Source: Eledone cirrhosa (lineage: Eukaryota). Taken from it: a DNA stretch of 64,000 nt. Shown in pieces: positions 29,556 to 43,097 of the stretch. Where the stretch lies: contig OZ024740.1 of NCBI GenBank assembly GCA_964016885.1, positions 260,462,001 through 260,526,000 on the forward strand. Reading direction: 5' to 3'. Within the stretch, counting starts at the first letter, position 1; the number at the start of each line of letters is the position of its first letter. The notes under the pieces are model-generated. The model was not told the DNA's origin. It did not search any database and saw only the letters and a program-made list of their open reading frames with translations. A program made the position numbers and the translations under genes.

Positions 29556-30686
29556 CACATCAATGGCCATGGTGTTCTGTATCCTTCGTTTGTATTTTTA
29601 TTTTTTTAAATAATTTTTTACAGTTTTCCCCTCGAAAAATTGTTTTTCATTAGCCTTGTTTCCGTTCGTTGTTTTGTCCTCTGTTCATTTTCTTAAGTTT
29701 ATCCACACTAATGTGACGTACGTATTATCTCTTCCACCACCCCCATTTATTTCAATCGCTCACATTTTTAACACATCTTACTTTCTTCTTCTTGCTTTTT
29801 TTTATTCCTTTCTTTTTTCTTTATTTGTTTCCTTTGTTTTATTCATGACTCCCGTGCTATAAGAGGCACCACTATTTTTCCCTAACGTCACAGAAAATTC
29901 TATATACATTTTTTGTAGCTTAATTACTATAGATTAATGTTTTTACCCTCGTCTCTTGCTCCACTGGACATGGAATTATAAATTTACAAGTGCAAAGCAT
30001 AAGCTTAGGTATGTTTTCAGACATACAAAAAATAAAGATTTATCAGTGTTTTTCCACAAGCATGTTAAAATATGTTAGATCTGTTAATTGTTTACAGCAG
30101 AGGTTGTTAAACAAGTTTTTTTTCTAAGGATATATGGCAATGCATTCCGTTATTTATGATAGAAAGATTTGAAAATATTTAGAAGATTTTTTTAGAAGAT
30201 TTTCGTTATTCAAAGATCTCATGGAAGTGAGATTAATAAAATTAATGCTGTGAAAATTGTTTACAGACATATATATTCTTTAACCCATGCGTACACAGTT
30301 ACCTATTGTTTTTCTAATCAGGTTCTAAAGAAAAAATTAGTTTATAGTGTTGGTGTATTTCAAATATGTTCATCCACGAACATTTCGAAAAATGTTTTTT
30401 TTTATCGTTGTTGGTCTATTTACGGATCCTTATCTAAATGTTTTACGGTGTATCAAGTATTTTCATACACATCAATATATTGTTTTACTTAAAAAAAAAA
30501 ACCTTTACGAAAAACTAGGGTTTGATGTGATTTAGTACATAATTAAGTTAATAATAATTTAGTACATATTATTGTGTCAACATATCGTTATTTACCGGTA
30601 CCAGTTAATTTACGGTTCCTTATTTAAATATCATTACTGTGTATGTCTATTATCCTGAAAAATGTTCATATATTGTTTCATTCTTG

Positions 30687-30870
30687 GGCGGTGAATTGGC
30701 AGTATCGGTAGAGGGTCGGACGCCATGCTTTCCAGCATAGTTACATCCCTTTACGGTTTGAGTTCAAATCCCGTCCAGGTTAACTTTGCTTTTCATCCTT
30801 AAATCGATAAAATAAAGTACCAGTAATGCACTGGATAATTGCTGGCTTTGTGCCAAAAGTAGAAACAATT
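30687..30870 (+). mobile_element. SINE copy
   Basis: Same family as 16535-16720. Confidence 0.85.
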
Positions 30871-31185
30871 ATATTAAGGAATATTTATGAAGGACTAGTG
30901 TTTGTTTTGATGCAATATATATTTAATTAAATTTATATTTATATCAATGCGTCTATAGATGAAATCAGAATAAATACCAAACATTAGAAAAAAACTATAA
31001 TGATTCTTAGTATATCATTGGGGAGTTAGGTTTTCAACTTTCCAAATCTATCCGCGGAAGTATTTGGAACTTTTGGTAGATAAGTATATGTGTACATAAC
31101 CTACATAAATATATATAATATAAAGAATATATATAAAAAAAATACACAAGAGAATATAGACATAAGCGATTCATACACCCACCTC

Positions 31186-31217
<32 letters not shown>

Positions 31218-31407
31218 CATAAAATATCAGTATTGAGATATGCATATATATATATTGTTATGCTTTGGGAGCGTCATGTTGCCAATAAGAAACACACGCA
31301 CCAGTTGATTTCACTCCAATTTATTATAAGTTAAATTTATAAATTTAAGAATTTATAAATTTCCGGTTGGTTAGTTGGTTCCACAACCGGACGGTTGTTC
31401 ATATATT

Positions 31408-31450
31408 GTTAAAGTTCTTTCGTCACACATTCTGTGACCTATTCAGTGAC
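31408..31450 (-). ncRNA. Degenerate hammerhead-like motif
   Basis: Reverse complement: CTGAATA-g GTCAC agaatgt GTGAC-GAAAGAACTT; same stem III as 57748-57787. Confidence 0.4.
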
Positions 31451-31615
31451 TGGGATTCTTTTCTTTGTTTTTGTGACTCTCCTTTGTTCTGTCCTACGCC
31501 ATCTTGCTAAACAAATTCAGAAATATATATATTTGCTCTACGGTTCTTATATATTTGATATATAGTTATCCTTATCGAGCCCTCTTTGGATTTTAGTCTT
31601 CAAATTTATTATTAT

Positions 31616-31663
<48 letters not shown>

Positions 31664-31733
31664 TGTTAGTTACTTGTTATTTTACATTGAGCTGTAATAT
31701 ACTTGTGATTGGATAATATTTAATATTACCCAC

Positions 31734-31769
<36 letters not shown>

Positions 31770-31781
<12 letters not shown>

Positions 31782-32850
31782 ATTCTTTGTCTCTCTGTCT
31801 GTCTGTTCCTATGCATTCTCTAACGGCTGGACCAGATCAAATCAAATTTTACAAGGGAGTGTCAACATGTAATGTTTATTCTCATTTGGATTAAAACAAT
31901 ATAAGATTTTATCTAAGATAATATTTTTATAGTCAACTATACTAAACCATCTCGACGACGACGACTCATCACATTTTGTATATAAGTGTGTGTGTGTCTG
32001 TGAGCGTGTGTGTGCATTCGTTATGTATGTTAGGCCTCAGAAAATTAAACACACACACATCTACACATACATACACATAATGTGTGTGAGTGTATGTGAG
32101 GGTGTAGACGTCACATTTTGTGTGTGTATGCGTCTGTCTTAGTATATGTATGTGAATGTATGTTGGAGTGTATGTGTGAGTCAGTGTATGTGAGAGTGTA
32201 TGAGTGTGTGAGTGTATGTGTGTTGAGTGTATGTGTGTTGACTGACATAACGATATTTTCTTTAGTCAACTATAGTAAATCACTACCACCACCACCACCA
32301 CCACCACCACGACAACGTCACATTTTGTATATGAGTATGCACACAGACAATTAAACACACGCACATCTACACATTCAGATACATATTTGATGACAGACAG
32401 GTGTGCGGGAATGTATGTCTGTGTGTGTCTGTCTTAGTATATGTGTGTGAATGTATGAGAATGTGTGTGAGTGTATGTGTGTGTGTGAGTGTATGTGTGA
32501 TAATTTTTATTTTCATTTAGATTAAAACAATAGGACGTCATATTTTGTATATGAATATATGTGTCTGTGAGTGTGTGTGTGTTTGCGCGTTCATTAGGTA
32601 CATTATTAAATACACACACACACATCTATACAGATGAATTACACAATGAATATTGTTTACCCTAAGGTGCTTCAAGATTGACAGAGTTTCATTTCTAAAT
32701 TTTTATTATCATTACAATTTTGATTTCTTTTTTATAAAATATAGATATTTTGAAATAATTATGAGAAAAAAACAACATATTTTCATATTTATTGTTTACT
32801 AATCTGAATAAGAACAGCAGTAACCCGGGAAACGCTGGGTAATTCAGCTA

Positions 32851-32851
<1 letters not shown>
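31770..32851 (+). mobile_element. Non-autonomous Helitron-like element
   Basis: 5' (TGTC)n motif after a TA run; 3' hairpin acccgggaaacgctgggt then CTAG|T. Confidence 0.65.
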
Positions 32852-32892
<41 letters not shown>

Positions 32893-32897
<5 letters not shown>

Positions 32898-33020
32898 AAC
32901 CAGTAAGACCCCGACAGCTGAGCTCAAGCCGTTTCGACGGCTAATTCTGGACTAAATTTAGTCCAGAATTAGCCGTCGAAACGGCTTGAGCTCAGCTGTC
33001 GGGGTCTTACTGGTTCCTAT
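32893..33020. repeat. Perfect 128-bp palindrome (64-bp arms, no spacer) heading a pLTR-like segment to ~33097
   Basis: Centre at 32956/32957; right half plus tail homologous to 58315-58440. Confidence 0.95.
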
Positions 33021-33096
33021 TACCCACTCTACTACCTCAAGTATTGAGTACTTTGGTGCGTTATGGTCCACCTGGTTCCTTACCACATTTCCTTCG

Positions 33097-33139
<43 letters not shown>

Positions 33140-33143
<4 letters not shown>

Positions 33144-33799
33144 TGAGACTAAAACAAAATATCTGGTAGAGAATGTTGAGGAGCCAGAGGGGATCACTAA
33201 TGTAGGCGGGAAGCCGCTAGAATTGGTTGAGGACTTCCTGTATTTGGAAGCAAAGATTGGGAATACGGAAGATGATGTGGTTGAGAGGAAGAGCAAAGCC
33301 TGAGCGGCGTGCCACAGCTTGAGATCAGTGTGGAAGTCGGACCTTCGTGAGGACCTGAAAATCCGCCTCTTCATTGCTGTAGTGGAGTCTGTGCTGCTGT
33401 ATGGGTCTGAGACTTGGACACTGACCAAGAAACTCACTCAGATAGTGGATGGGTGCTACACGAGAATGCTGAGGATGGCTCTGAACATTAATCAGTATAC
33501 ACTGAGGATGAAAAACTCAGAGCTGTATGGGAGCATCCCAAAAGTCAGCTCAAAAGTGACACAACGGAGACTGAGGTTAGCTGGACATGCTCACCGACAT
33601 CCAGAGCTGACATTGCACTCAGTGCTCCTGTGGGAGCCCCTACATGGACACACTAGAAGAGGAAGACCAAGGTTAACGTATGTTGATGCCCTAAGGACAG
33701 ACACTGGTCTGTTGGAGACGCAGGACATGGCAGCGATAATGAGGGACAGAGACCGCTGGAGAGAACTCGTCCATGGATCTCGGGAATTTTACCCGCCTT

Positions 33800-33801
<2 letters not shown>
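33140..33801 (+). mobile_element. RTE-clade LINE 3' fragment
   Basis: DFLYLE, VESVLLYGSETWTL, RRLRLAGH, RGRPRLTY; (TA)n on both sides. Confidence 0.9.
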
Positions 33802-33833
<32 letters not shown>

Positions 33834-34105
33834 TACATATGTTTTTATATAAAAGTAAGTTTTCACCCCTTTCTTTTTCTTTTTTTTATCTTTATTCTAT
33901 CTCATTACTTTTTCATAGCTAGTTTTTTAAATAATTTTTTAATTATTTTTTGTAACTTATTTCCCACTCTTTCCGTCCCTCCAAATTATATCTTTTCTAC
34001 CTCTCTTCTTAGTCCAGTTCCCTTTTATTCACAGCGGGTAGCAGTAGAAATATCTTCACTGCAAGGTGCGACAAACTTACCTGATACTTTGAAATAGTTT
34101 TGAAA

Positions 34106-34193
34106 TCTTTCTGAAGAAATGCAATATTTAACGTATATTATCATGCAACCAGCATTAAGTAGACTTATATTATATCGAAACATATGTTAAAGA
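34106..34193 (+). ncRNA. Hammerhead ribozyme candidate, canonical core
   Basis: tcttt-CTGAAGA-(long, poorly paired stem II)-GAA-ACATATGT-T-aaaga. Confidence 0.6.
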
Positions 34194-34472
34194 ACGAACT
34201 TTTGATTAAATTCTTCATTTTTTATACTTCACGTCTAGTATTTGTTTTTCCTATATATATTAAGCTCTCAACAGAATGGTTATAAGTTAACAAAAGCTAT
34301 TCATCAGTCAATAGAATCAATTAAAAAAATGAAGAAAATTAACTGGTCAATAGCTAGACTCTGGAGATTAATACAAATATAAATTAGCGAGAATCGTATT
34401 TCGGATATATATATAGGAAAAACAAACACTAGACGTGAAGTATAAAAAATGAAGAATTTAATCAAAAGTTCG

Positions 34473-34509
<37 letters not shown>

Positions 34510-34641
34510 GAAAAAAAATTTTTGAACAGGGACAAAACATAGAGGCAGTACAATAAATGTTTATTAATTTCACGCTCAGGAGAGTGGGGGGTAAGTGATA
34601 TATATATATATACAAGAGAGAAGAGAAGAGAGAGAGAGAGA

Positions 34642-34707
<66 letters not shown>

Positions 34708-34979
34708 GAGAGAGAGAGAGAGAACAAACTGAAATATTTGGACTGCAGCGAACTATCGACCCTTATATCGCCCTCATTTTCGCCATCCCCACTCCACTGA
34801 TGAGTCAACTGTGTCAGGTGTGACTTTCATGGCGCACCCAGCTGCTCTGGTTCTTGGAACATTACGCACATATTTACTCAAGACACATATATGTGCGCGC
34901 ACACACACACATATATGTGCGCGCACACACACATATATGTAGGTATGTATGTATATGTTTGTATATGTTTGTATATGTA

Positions 34980-35770
34980 CAGCCGTTGCGTGGGTTCTGT
35001 ATGTGCGTGCGTTTTTTTTTGTTTTTTTTTATGTGTACGTGCGTGTATTTGTATATCCTAAGGCGAGTGTTTTCGCGTATGCTTGTGTATGTACGTATAT
35101 GGATACGTGTATGTATTTATTTAATTTCATTTACCTCTGTATGTTATCTATATATATATATAAAACAGAGGATGTCTGTGTGTCTGTTTCCCTAAAACTC
35201 GAGAAGTACCCAACCGGTTTTTTTCAAACTTTATACATGTAACTCGTATGACCCCGGAAGTGTTTTGAGCAAAAAATTTTTCAAATTTTCAATGCTCTAA
35301 GGACCGCATTAGGCGATTTAGCGATCTCTTTCTCTTTCTCTTAGTCTTTCTTTTTTTAGATAGATACATAGATATGACGTCGCGCCTTCATAATATCTGT
35401 CTGTATGCCTGACTGTCTGCATTACGTCATTATGACGCGATCAGTGTGTGTATATACTCTTATGCCAGGGAACGTCTTCACGAACCAAAGTATCGTCTTC
35501 CTGTTTTCCAGATTGATTTTTTTAGTTTAAGAAGATCCCGTTAAGGTTGAAAGCAGCGATTGTTTGCTTAAACATTAATATGTTATTTTAATATAGATAT
35601 TCGTGTACAGATATTTTTGCATACACAAAAACAAAATATAAACAAACAAGGCCAAAGATTACATCAATTAGTCTTAGTGTATGTACTTCATACTGCTTTT
35701 AGGTAGAATATCCCGTTAAGGGTGAAAGCAGTGATTCTTTGCTTAAACTTTAGTCTGTTATTTTAATATA
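34980..35770 (+). mobile_element. Pieces of the 20425-22413 family 3' UTR interrupted by a Helitron-like 5' end (~35147-35460)
   Basis: Matches 21840-21935 and 22243-22413; insert begins A|TCTATATATATATAAAAC..tgtctgtgtgtctg. Confidence 0.6.
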
Positions 35771-35814
35771 TATATATATATAATTATATATTTATGGACA
35801 GATATTTTTGCATA

Positions 35815-37646
35815 CACAATCTAAAGCCCACTATTACAATGAAGCGTTAGCTAGAGCAGGATATAGTGATAAAATTATGTACATAGATAATAATAGACAA
35901 ACTAACCAAAATAACAACAATTTTAATTACGGCAACAACTTTAACAACTATAATAGAAAGCATTACAATAATTCCAAAAGCCAAAAAAGAAATAGAACTA
36001 GGAATATAATATGGTTTGCCCCCCCCCCCCCCCTTCTCACTAAATATTAAAACCCACATCGCTAAACTATTTTTTAATGCTCTTGATAATCGCTTCCCTA
36101 GAACACATAGGTATCACTCAATTTTCAATAGACATACTATAAAATTAACCTACTCATCCACCAAAAATTTAGCACAAAATATTAATAGAATAAATAATAG
36201 GAATTTAAAACCTAGCCAAAATACCGATAATAGCATAAATAATATCCAAGTTAACAAATGTAACTGTAGAGATAGATCTAAATGCCCGTTAAATAACAAT
36301 TGCTTAGTTAAAAATATAATATACAACTGTAATGTTAAAACGGACTTAAATTCTTTTAACTATGTTGGTTCCACCTCGACAGAATTTAAACTTCGCTATA
36401 ATAACCACAAGAATTCTTTCACAGATCCAAGCAAAAAATCCTCAACATCACTATCAGGCCTACTCTGGCAACTTAGGCATGATAACGTTGGATATTCAAC
36501 GGCTTGGAATATAGTCTCAAGAGGGATTCCTTTCAATTCATCCTCTGAGACATGTGACCTCTGCGCGGAGGAGATATTCTTTATACTAAAATCTAAAAAT
36601 TCCCTTAATTTACGGACAAATTTATTCAGTTGCTGCAGACATAGATTGAACTCAACTTTTAAATATAAATATAAATTTAAAATGTAGTATATTTAATTTG
36701 ATTTATAATTATTTATGAAACTCGCCGATAAATCTTTCGATTCCTTTTTATTTTAAACATTCTTCATGAATAATTAAACTACCCTAAAAGCTGATGCTCC
36801 AAATATATCGAATACATTTTACACTAGATAAACTTCTATATTAAATATAAGACCAAATGGGTATCCTAAACTTTTGGAATGTTTTCTGCTAGACAGGATT
36901 TGGTAAATAATTTTTGGTTTTGTTTGCTTTTGATTCTGATGCTTATAACGAACTTGGCAATATATTGTCAATTAACTTCGAAGGGTTGATCTCTGTGGTT
37001 GATTTGCGGGGCATTCTATGTTTTATTTTTATTTTAATATTTTTAATATTTTTAATATTTTTAATATTTTTAATATTTTTATTTTTAATATTTTTTTGAT
37101 TTTTTGTTTTTTATTTACTTTTGTTTCTGATATTTTTATTGATATATTGATATCTGTTCTCTATTTATGCTTGAACGATAATCATGTAGAGTAAAGACAT
37201 GAATAGTATTGTTAAAATTAATGTAGACTCTATATATATTTGTGTGTATGTACACATATATGTATACTTAAATTTTTATAGCACAATGAGAATGTTTTCG
37301 TGTGAAATAGGAATTTGCAGAGCTGATCACGTAAATTCACATGGATGTGTATTGTATAAAATCTGGGATAACCTTCTATTTTATCTCAACTCTAATTATA
37401 AACCTAGGAATTTTAGACTAGACATATGATCATTATTTTTCACACATTATTGATACGTGTCTCATTCATGAATACTGATATTTACATTATAATGCCTGGT
37501 TTATACGAATTGATATTTTTTTACATTGATGAAACATAGTGTTTTAAATCTGCCTCGTTTTTGTCTGGATATTTTTCTTTTCTCTCTATGTAACGGCTGT
37601 TTTCTCTCTTAACCACATATATCTATCTCTACATTAATACTAGAGC

Positions 37647-37677
<31 letters not shown>

Positions 37678-38160
37678 ATATATCATTGATACATCATTCA
37701 ACTGGTGCCCAACTACCTAGTTTCTTTCTCTCTATCTCTATCTATATCTATCTCTCTATATTTTCTCTCTCTCCTCTCTTCTCTCTCTCTCTCTCTCTAT
37801 CTATCTCCCTCTGTGTTTTTTCCTCTCTCTATATATCTCTCTCTGTTTCTTTACATGAATTTCTTCTCTCTATCTATCTCTCTATATCTATCTCTTTCTA
37901 TTTAGTTGCATGCATTTCTTCTTTTTCTTCGTTTTTCTTTCTTTCTTTTTATAACTGTCCCTAATATTTTTTCACTACCAAATCAACTTTTCAAATAGAA
38001 GTCGAAGTTGAAAGGTATGTCGAATCTATCTATTTATAAGACTGTTTATATTGTATTTTGTCTGAAGAAGGCATAACATATTTTTAATATGATATCCCTG
38101 AAATATATATAATGAAATAAATATGGTTTTATAAATATAGTTTCCATTTATTTAATATCG
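35815..38160 (+). mobile_element. Naiad-like PLE, 5'-truncated (GIY-YIG ORF ending 36687) with long 3' UTR and terminal HHR
   Basis: YYNEALARAGY, WFAPPF, CNCRDRSKCPLNNNC, YVGST, CDLC; terminus shared with 49384-49494. Confidence 0.87.
38054..38119 (+). ncRNA. Hammerhead ribozyme candidate, canonical core
   Basis: tattttgt-CTGAAGA-agg..cct-GAA-ATATATAT-A-atgaaata. Confidence 0.7.
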
Positions 38161-38225
38161 TATATATATATATATTAACAAAAGATCAGAGGCCATATTC
38201 AGTTGATTCAGGTTTATTTAAAACT

Positions 38226-38283
38226 CCGTTATACATATTTCACGGAGGACTATCAGTTAAAACACCCTGAGCTCTTCAGACGG
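38226..38283 (-). ncRNA. Hammerhead ribozyme candidate, canonical core
   Basis: Reverse complement: ccgt-CTGAAGA-..-GAA-ATATGTAT-A-acgg. Confidence 0.65.
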
Positions 38284-38399
38284 CAAAACCTAAAATAAAC
38301 ATCTCCTGACATAATGTTTGAATTTGGAGGATGTCTTCAATGTCCTTTTCGTCCTCCAGGATGGCTGCTACTAGCCAGAGGATTTTATCTTGGGCGGAA

Positions 38400-38902
38400 C
38401 ATTTTTTATTGTAACTTTTTGTTACGTATTTGCCCATGTATGTTGGTATCAGCAGGAAATTCTCACTCTAAAGGGTTGATAGAGTGAACCTTCGCTTCGA
38501 TTTCCGATGCAAATCTCCCTTCTATCGTCTCGTATTCTCTTCCTCTCAAGACAAAGGTTTTTTTCTCCATACCTCACCTAAGATAGAATAGAGGGTCGTT
38601 CCTGGCGTTTGCTACGGAGATCTGCACATTTATAGATAATTGTACATTTCTGTACATTGGCAATTATCTCCTCCGGCACTGCTAGTTTTACTTTGCTGCT
38701 GTTTCTTTGAATAAGAAGCTTTAGGGAATCCTTCAACGTCTGTAGCTATGTTTTAGTTATTGCTGTTCTTGTTGCTGTCGTCGTTGAGAGTACAGTTATA
38801 AACAGCTTTATTGACAGCTTCTAAAACTGCTGCGTCATCCCCTTTATTCCTTTCAGCAGCTTTTAAAAATGCTGACTCATCGTGTTTGCCAGAACTGGCC
38901 AT
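38400..38902 (-). pseudogene. Decayed ORF, possibly the start of an L1/Tx1-type ORF1
   Basis: ATG at 38902 reads MASSGKHDESAFLKAAERNK...; several stops; family assignment is only a guess. Confidence 0.3.
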
Positions 38903-39133
38903 TTTTTTTTAATTTTGGGGGGAAATGGTAAGAAAATTCCACATTGGAACGGGCTAAAACGGCGGCCGTTCTACGAGGGTTACTAAAAAGATATTTTTCG
39001 GCAGATAGAACACAGCCTTATGTAATCGGTTGTGTCAAAATTTTGTTACGATTGTCGTTAAAGTAGAAACAAAATTTAAAAGACTTACCAGCGGCAAAGA
39101 TAGCATGACATCATCTCTCGTCATGACATTATT

Positions 39134-41811
39134 TAGCGCTGCCGGTGTTCGAACAAAACTGTACGTTTTGCTCAAAAATGTTGATGTGCTGTACGTTCGG
39201 ACGAATTTACTGTACGTTTTAGTGGTCTTGCCATCGGTTTATAAAATTCATGTTTTGACGCATTGATTGAGTGCATTTTCACATACGCGCGTTCCGGAGC
39301 TTCACAAAAATAAAAGCACGTGAGAATGCAGACGAGACTTGTGCATGAAAGCGCGCGTTGACTTATGAGGTCAAGGACGTCTGTTTATTTTGGGGAAGTA
39401 TATGTCCAGTTTACCACGCCATATCTGTCATAACGCAGGAATTTTTCTCACAAACTGGTGTAAAAGGTGCGTGAATTTTTTTTCAAAAGTTTGATAGATT
39501 AGATTTAATTTTATAGAGCTAATTTATACAACCACGCCGTATCAGTCTGAACACAAAAGCAGAATTCTTATAACCTACAGTGTAAACGGTATGTGATGTT
39601 TTTAATAGTTTAATTAATTCAAATAAATCTTATAGAACTAACTTGAACCAGATATGAGTGATAGAACTGTGAAACGAGAACATTCTTCAGATAAGAAGAA
39701 GGCTAGATGGGCATCGTATGAAAGGAAGCTTCCGTCCAAATTGTTGTACGATGAAAAATTTTCTTCTTGGTCGGAAGTGAGCAAGAACGATACAACTAAA
39801 GGCAAATGCATATTTTGCAAATGTGAAATTGCCGGCAGTTTGAGTCAAATTTTACGACATGAGCAGACAGAAAAGCACCGCAAGAATGCAAAAGAAGCGA
39901 ACAAAGCAACGAAATTGACAAATTTTATCCAAGCCTCTTCGTTTTCTTCACACTCCAGGAAAGTAGTATCTGCTGAGTTAAAGTACTGTGCATTTGTTGC
40001 TGAGCATAATCTACCCATCTCTATTTTGGACCACTTGCCTGGCCTTGTTGTAAACGCCTGTCCTGATTCTAAAATCGCCCAGGATGTGAAGTGTGCCAGA
40101 ACAAAAGGCACATCCATCTTTTCCGACGTCATCGGCCCCTATGGCTTCAACACTTTATTAAAGAAGCTTCATTCGACAAAATTCTCCCCCATCATCGATG
40201 AAACAACTGATGTTTCAACACTTAAACAACTCGTCCTTGTATCCAGATATTACGACGTTGAAATTCAAAAGACTGTCGACAATTTTCTAACGCTTATAGA
40301 AATAAATGATTGCAGTGCTGTGGGTATTTACAACTGTCTTCTATCGTTTTTCAACGAACATGCTATTCCTTTGGAAAATTTGATAGGTTTCGCCTGTGAT
40401 AATGTAAGTGTTATGATGGGCAGCAAAGGATGCGTCCACCATTTGTTGAAGCAGACGAGACCAGATCTACTTGTGAAAGCCTGTGTTTGTCATTCATTAC
40501 ACTTATGTTCATCAAAAGCGTGCAATGAATTATCAAATTCCGTGGAAGAATTGACAAGAAGTATTTATGCATACTTTAGTCACAGTCCTAAGCGGATCAA
40601 TGAATACAAAGGTCTGCAGAAAATAGCTTCAATTGATCCTCACAAGATCCTGCATGCAAGCTGCACGAGGTGGCTGTCTCTCAAGCAAGTTGTGGAGCGT
40701 ATTTTTGAGCAGTGACCAGCATTGCTGGCATATTTCACCCAAGCAACATTAGAGGATGGGTGTCCGTCTACGGCTCGAAGAATTCTCACTGAAATGAAGA
40801 ATCCTCTTACAAAGATGTATTTTGCATTTCTATCTTTTATTTTAAACGACGTCAACAAACGTAATCTGGAATTCCAGGCCGAAAGCTATGGGATGCATAA
40901 ACTCAAAAGAGAATCAACGCTGGAATGAAGGGAATTTTGAGCAATTTCATTAAACCTGATTTACTTTCTGTTATCAATGTGTGTCAGATTAATGTCAACG
41001 ATTCAACGGCACACCAACCATTAGATCGTATCTACTTTGGTACTGTAGCTGAGAGCATTTTACACGACAATTTTACCACCATTGCCCTTGATGAATTGCT
41101 GACCTTCCGACAGAATATACTACGATTCCTTGTTTGTCTTTCAAACCAAATGCTAATGCGGTTTTTGTCTTGTAATATGCAGAACAATTTGGAACTACTT
41201 GAGGCGTTAGACCCAACCAACGTGATGGAGGGAAGGCCGAGGTCAATAATTCCACTTGTTATGCGATTTCCAAGTCTTTGTGATGAGAAAGATTACGAAG
41301 AGATAAATCAGGAATTGCGCCACCTGACGATTCAAGGTTCTTCCTTTATCCCGCACAACGATCCAGAAAAATTTGGGTTTGCTGTCTCACAAGAGAAGTG
41401 TGGCGATGAGAACCGTTACCCTCTGCTGTCATCTCTTATGCTTAGTCTTCTTTCTTTACCCCACTCCTCCGCAGCGGCTGAAAGAATTTTCTCTGTTCTC
41501 CACTCTATTAAAACAAAGAATCGAAATTGTTTGAAAACTTCCACTCTTAACGCTCTTGTTAGGTCGAAATATTTGTTACGACATGCCGACTGCACGATGT
41601 GGGAGCCCGATGAACATCTTTGCAAAGGATTATTTGAAAAAAATTGGTACAAATTGGCTCAGGAAGATGACGTTTCTTTTTGATGCCCTGATGTTTAAAT
41701 TGTCAATAAATGTTGTTAACTTCAAAAATATGTATAAAAAGAGTATTTTGATTGTAATTGGGGGATTTAGTAAAATTCTGTACGTTTTGAAAAAAACTTT
41801 CGGCAGCGCTG
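39134..41811 (+). mobile_element. hAT DNA transposon, decayed transposase 39654-41683
   Basis: CIFC..H..H zinc finger, IDETTD, CDN, CVCHSLHL, TRWLS, SSAAAERIFS. 11-bp TIRs (T/C)AGCGCTGCCG and subterminal CTGTACGTT repeats. TGA at 40713 and a frameshift near 40920. Confidence 0.92.
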
Positions 41812-41831
41812 GTCAACAATAATAATAATAC

Positions 41832-42307
41832 TCTTAACTATAATAAAGAAAGGAGTGCGGGACTGCATCCAGAATATAATTTTTTATCCCGTTTAAGTTG
41901 GATTACTTTGAATAAATAATGAATGAATATTACATAATTTTTCTGCTAAATTTCGTAGCTTTTGATTAAATATATTTTATTGCTTATTTAAAGATTCACT
42001 TCTTTAAATTTTTCAAATGTCAACACTTCCGGTTAGCGATCGCTTAAATAAACATTCATATATTTCCGTCACTAATTTTCTCCTAATGCAGTTTATATAT
42101 AATATCGTCTTTTTTTAATGTATCATGGATTACGTTACTGATTACATAAGACAGTGTAACGCAGTCTTCGATCTATTTCTGTGTATATTGTCAATTACGA
42201 TTTTATTTGATGTCTCATATCTACATGCATATATACTTGTGTATAATATCAATATACACACTACACATGCTAGCAGAAAACCACCCGAAGGGTGGTTTTT
42301 CTGCTAG
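41832..42307 (+). mobile_element. Non-autonomous Helitron-like element
   Basis: Copy of 14298-14788; TC start; CTAG end inside a long hairpin. Confidence 0.7.
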
Positions 42308-42365
42308 TTATAATAATTATAATGACAACAATAATAGTGGTTGTAACGCTACTACTACTAATAAT

Positions 42366-42757
42366 AATTGTTTCTACTTATGGCACAAGACCAGCAATTA
42401 CTGGTACTTTATTTTATCGACATTACTGGTACTTTATTTTATCGACCCCGTAAGGATGAAAGGCAAAGTTAACCTCAGCGGGATTGAGCTCAGACTGTAA
42501 AGGGACATAACTATGTTGGAAAGCATGGCGTCCGACTCTCTACTGATACTGCCAATCCACCGTCTACTAAAAATAATTGTTTCTACTTTTGGCACAAGGC
42601 CAGCAATTATCCCAGTACATTACTGGTACTTTATTTTATCGACCCTGTAAGGATGAAAGGCAAAGTTAACCTCGGCGAGATTTGAACTCAGAATGGCAAG
42701 GGCCGTAACTCTATGCGTCAAAGCATGGCGTCCGACCCTCTACCAATACTGCCAATA
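42366..42757 (-). mobile_element. Two tandem SINE copies
   Basis: Reverse complement of the 16535 family, twice. Confidence 0.85.
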
Positions 42758-43097
42758 AACGTTAAAATTGTCATCGTAACTGTAGTAGGTAGAGAATTCC
42801 CTTTAAGGGTTATGATAAGTTGATTGAATTGATTGAATTGTGTGTATACCCATACTAGATGAATGCGACGGTTTATGGGGTCATAAATAAGATAGTCGTT
42901 TAGTGTGGAGACAATTGGCTGGGATGAGAAGGTAACCAGGCTGTTCACGTTATACATAAATTACATGTTTACCCCTCTGTTCACATTACACCCAAATTGG
43001 ATGCATGCATCCATTCGGTCACCCGTCTCAATGTTATACTTAGCCATTTGAATCCACGACCGACCACACTTGCGTAACGCGCGCACGTGTGTGTATA

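Noticed and set aside
34795-34830. CTGATGAG with a GTCA/TGAC stem as a hammerhead
   Set aside because: Followed by TTTC rather than GAAA; no stem III.
40713-40715. TGA read-through or alternative code in the hAT transposase
   Set aside because: Simple TGG to TGA change in EQ(W)P; the ORF also has a frameshift and uses TGG for Trp elsewhere.
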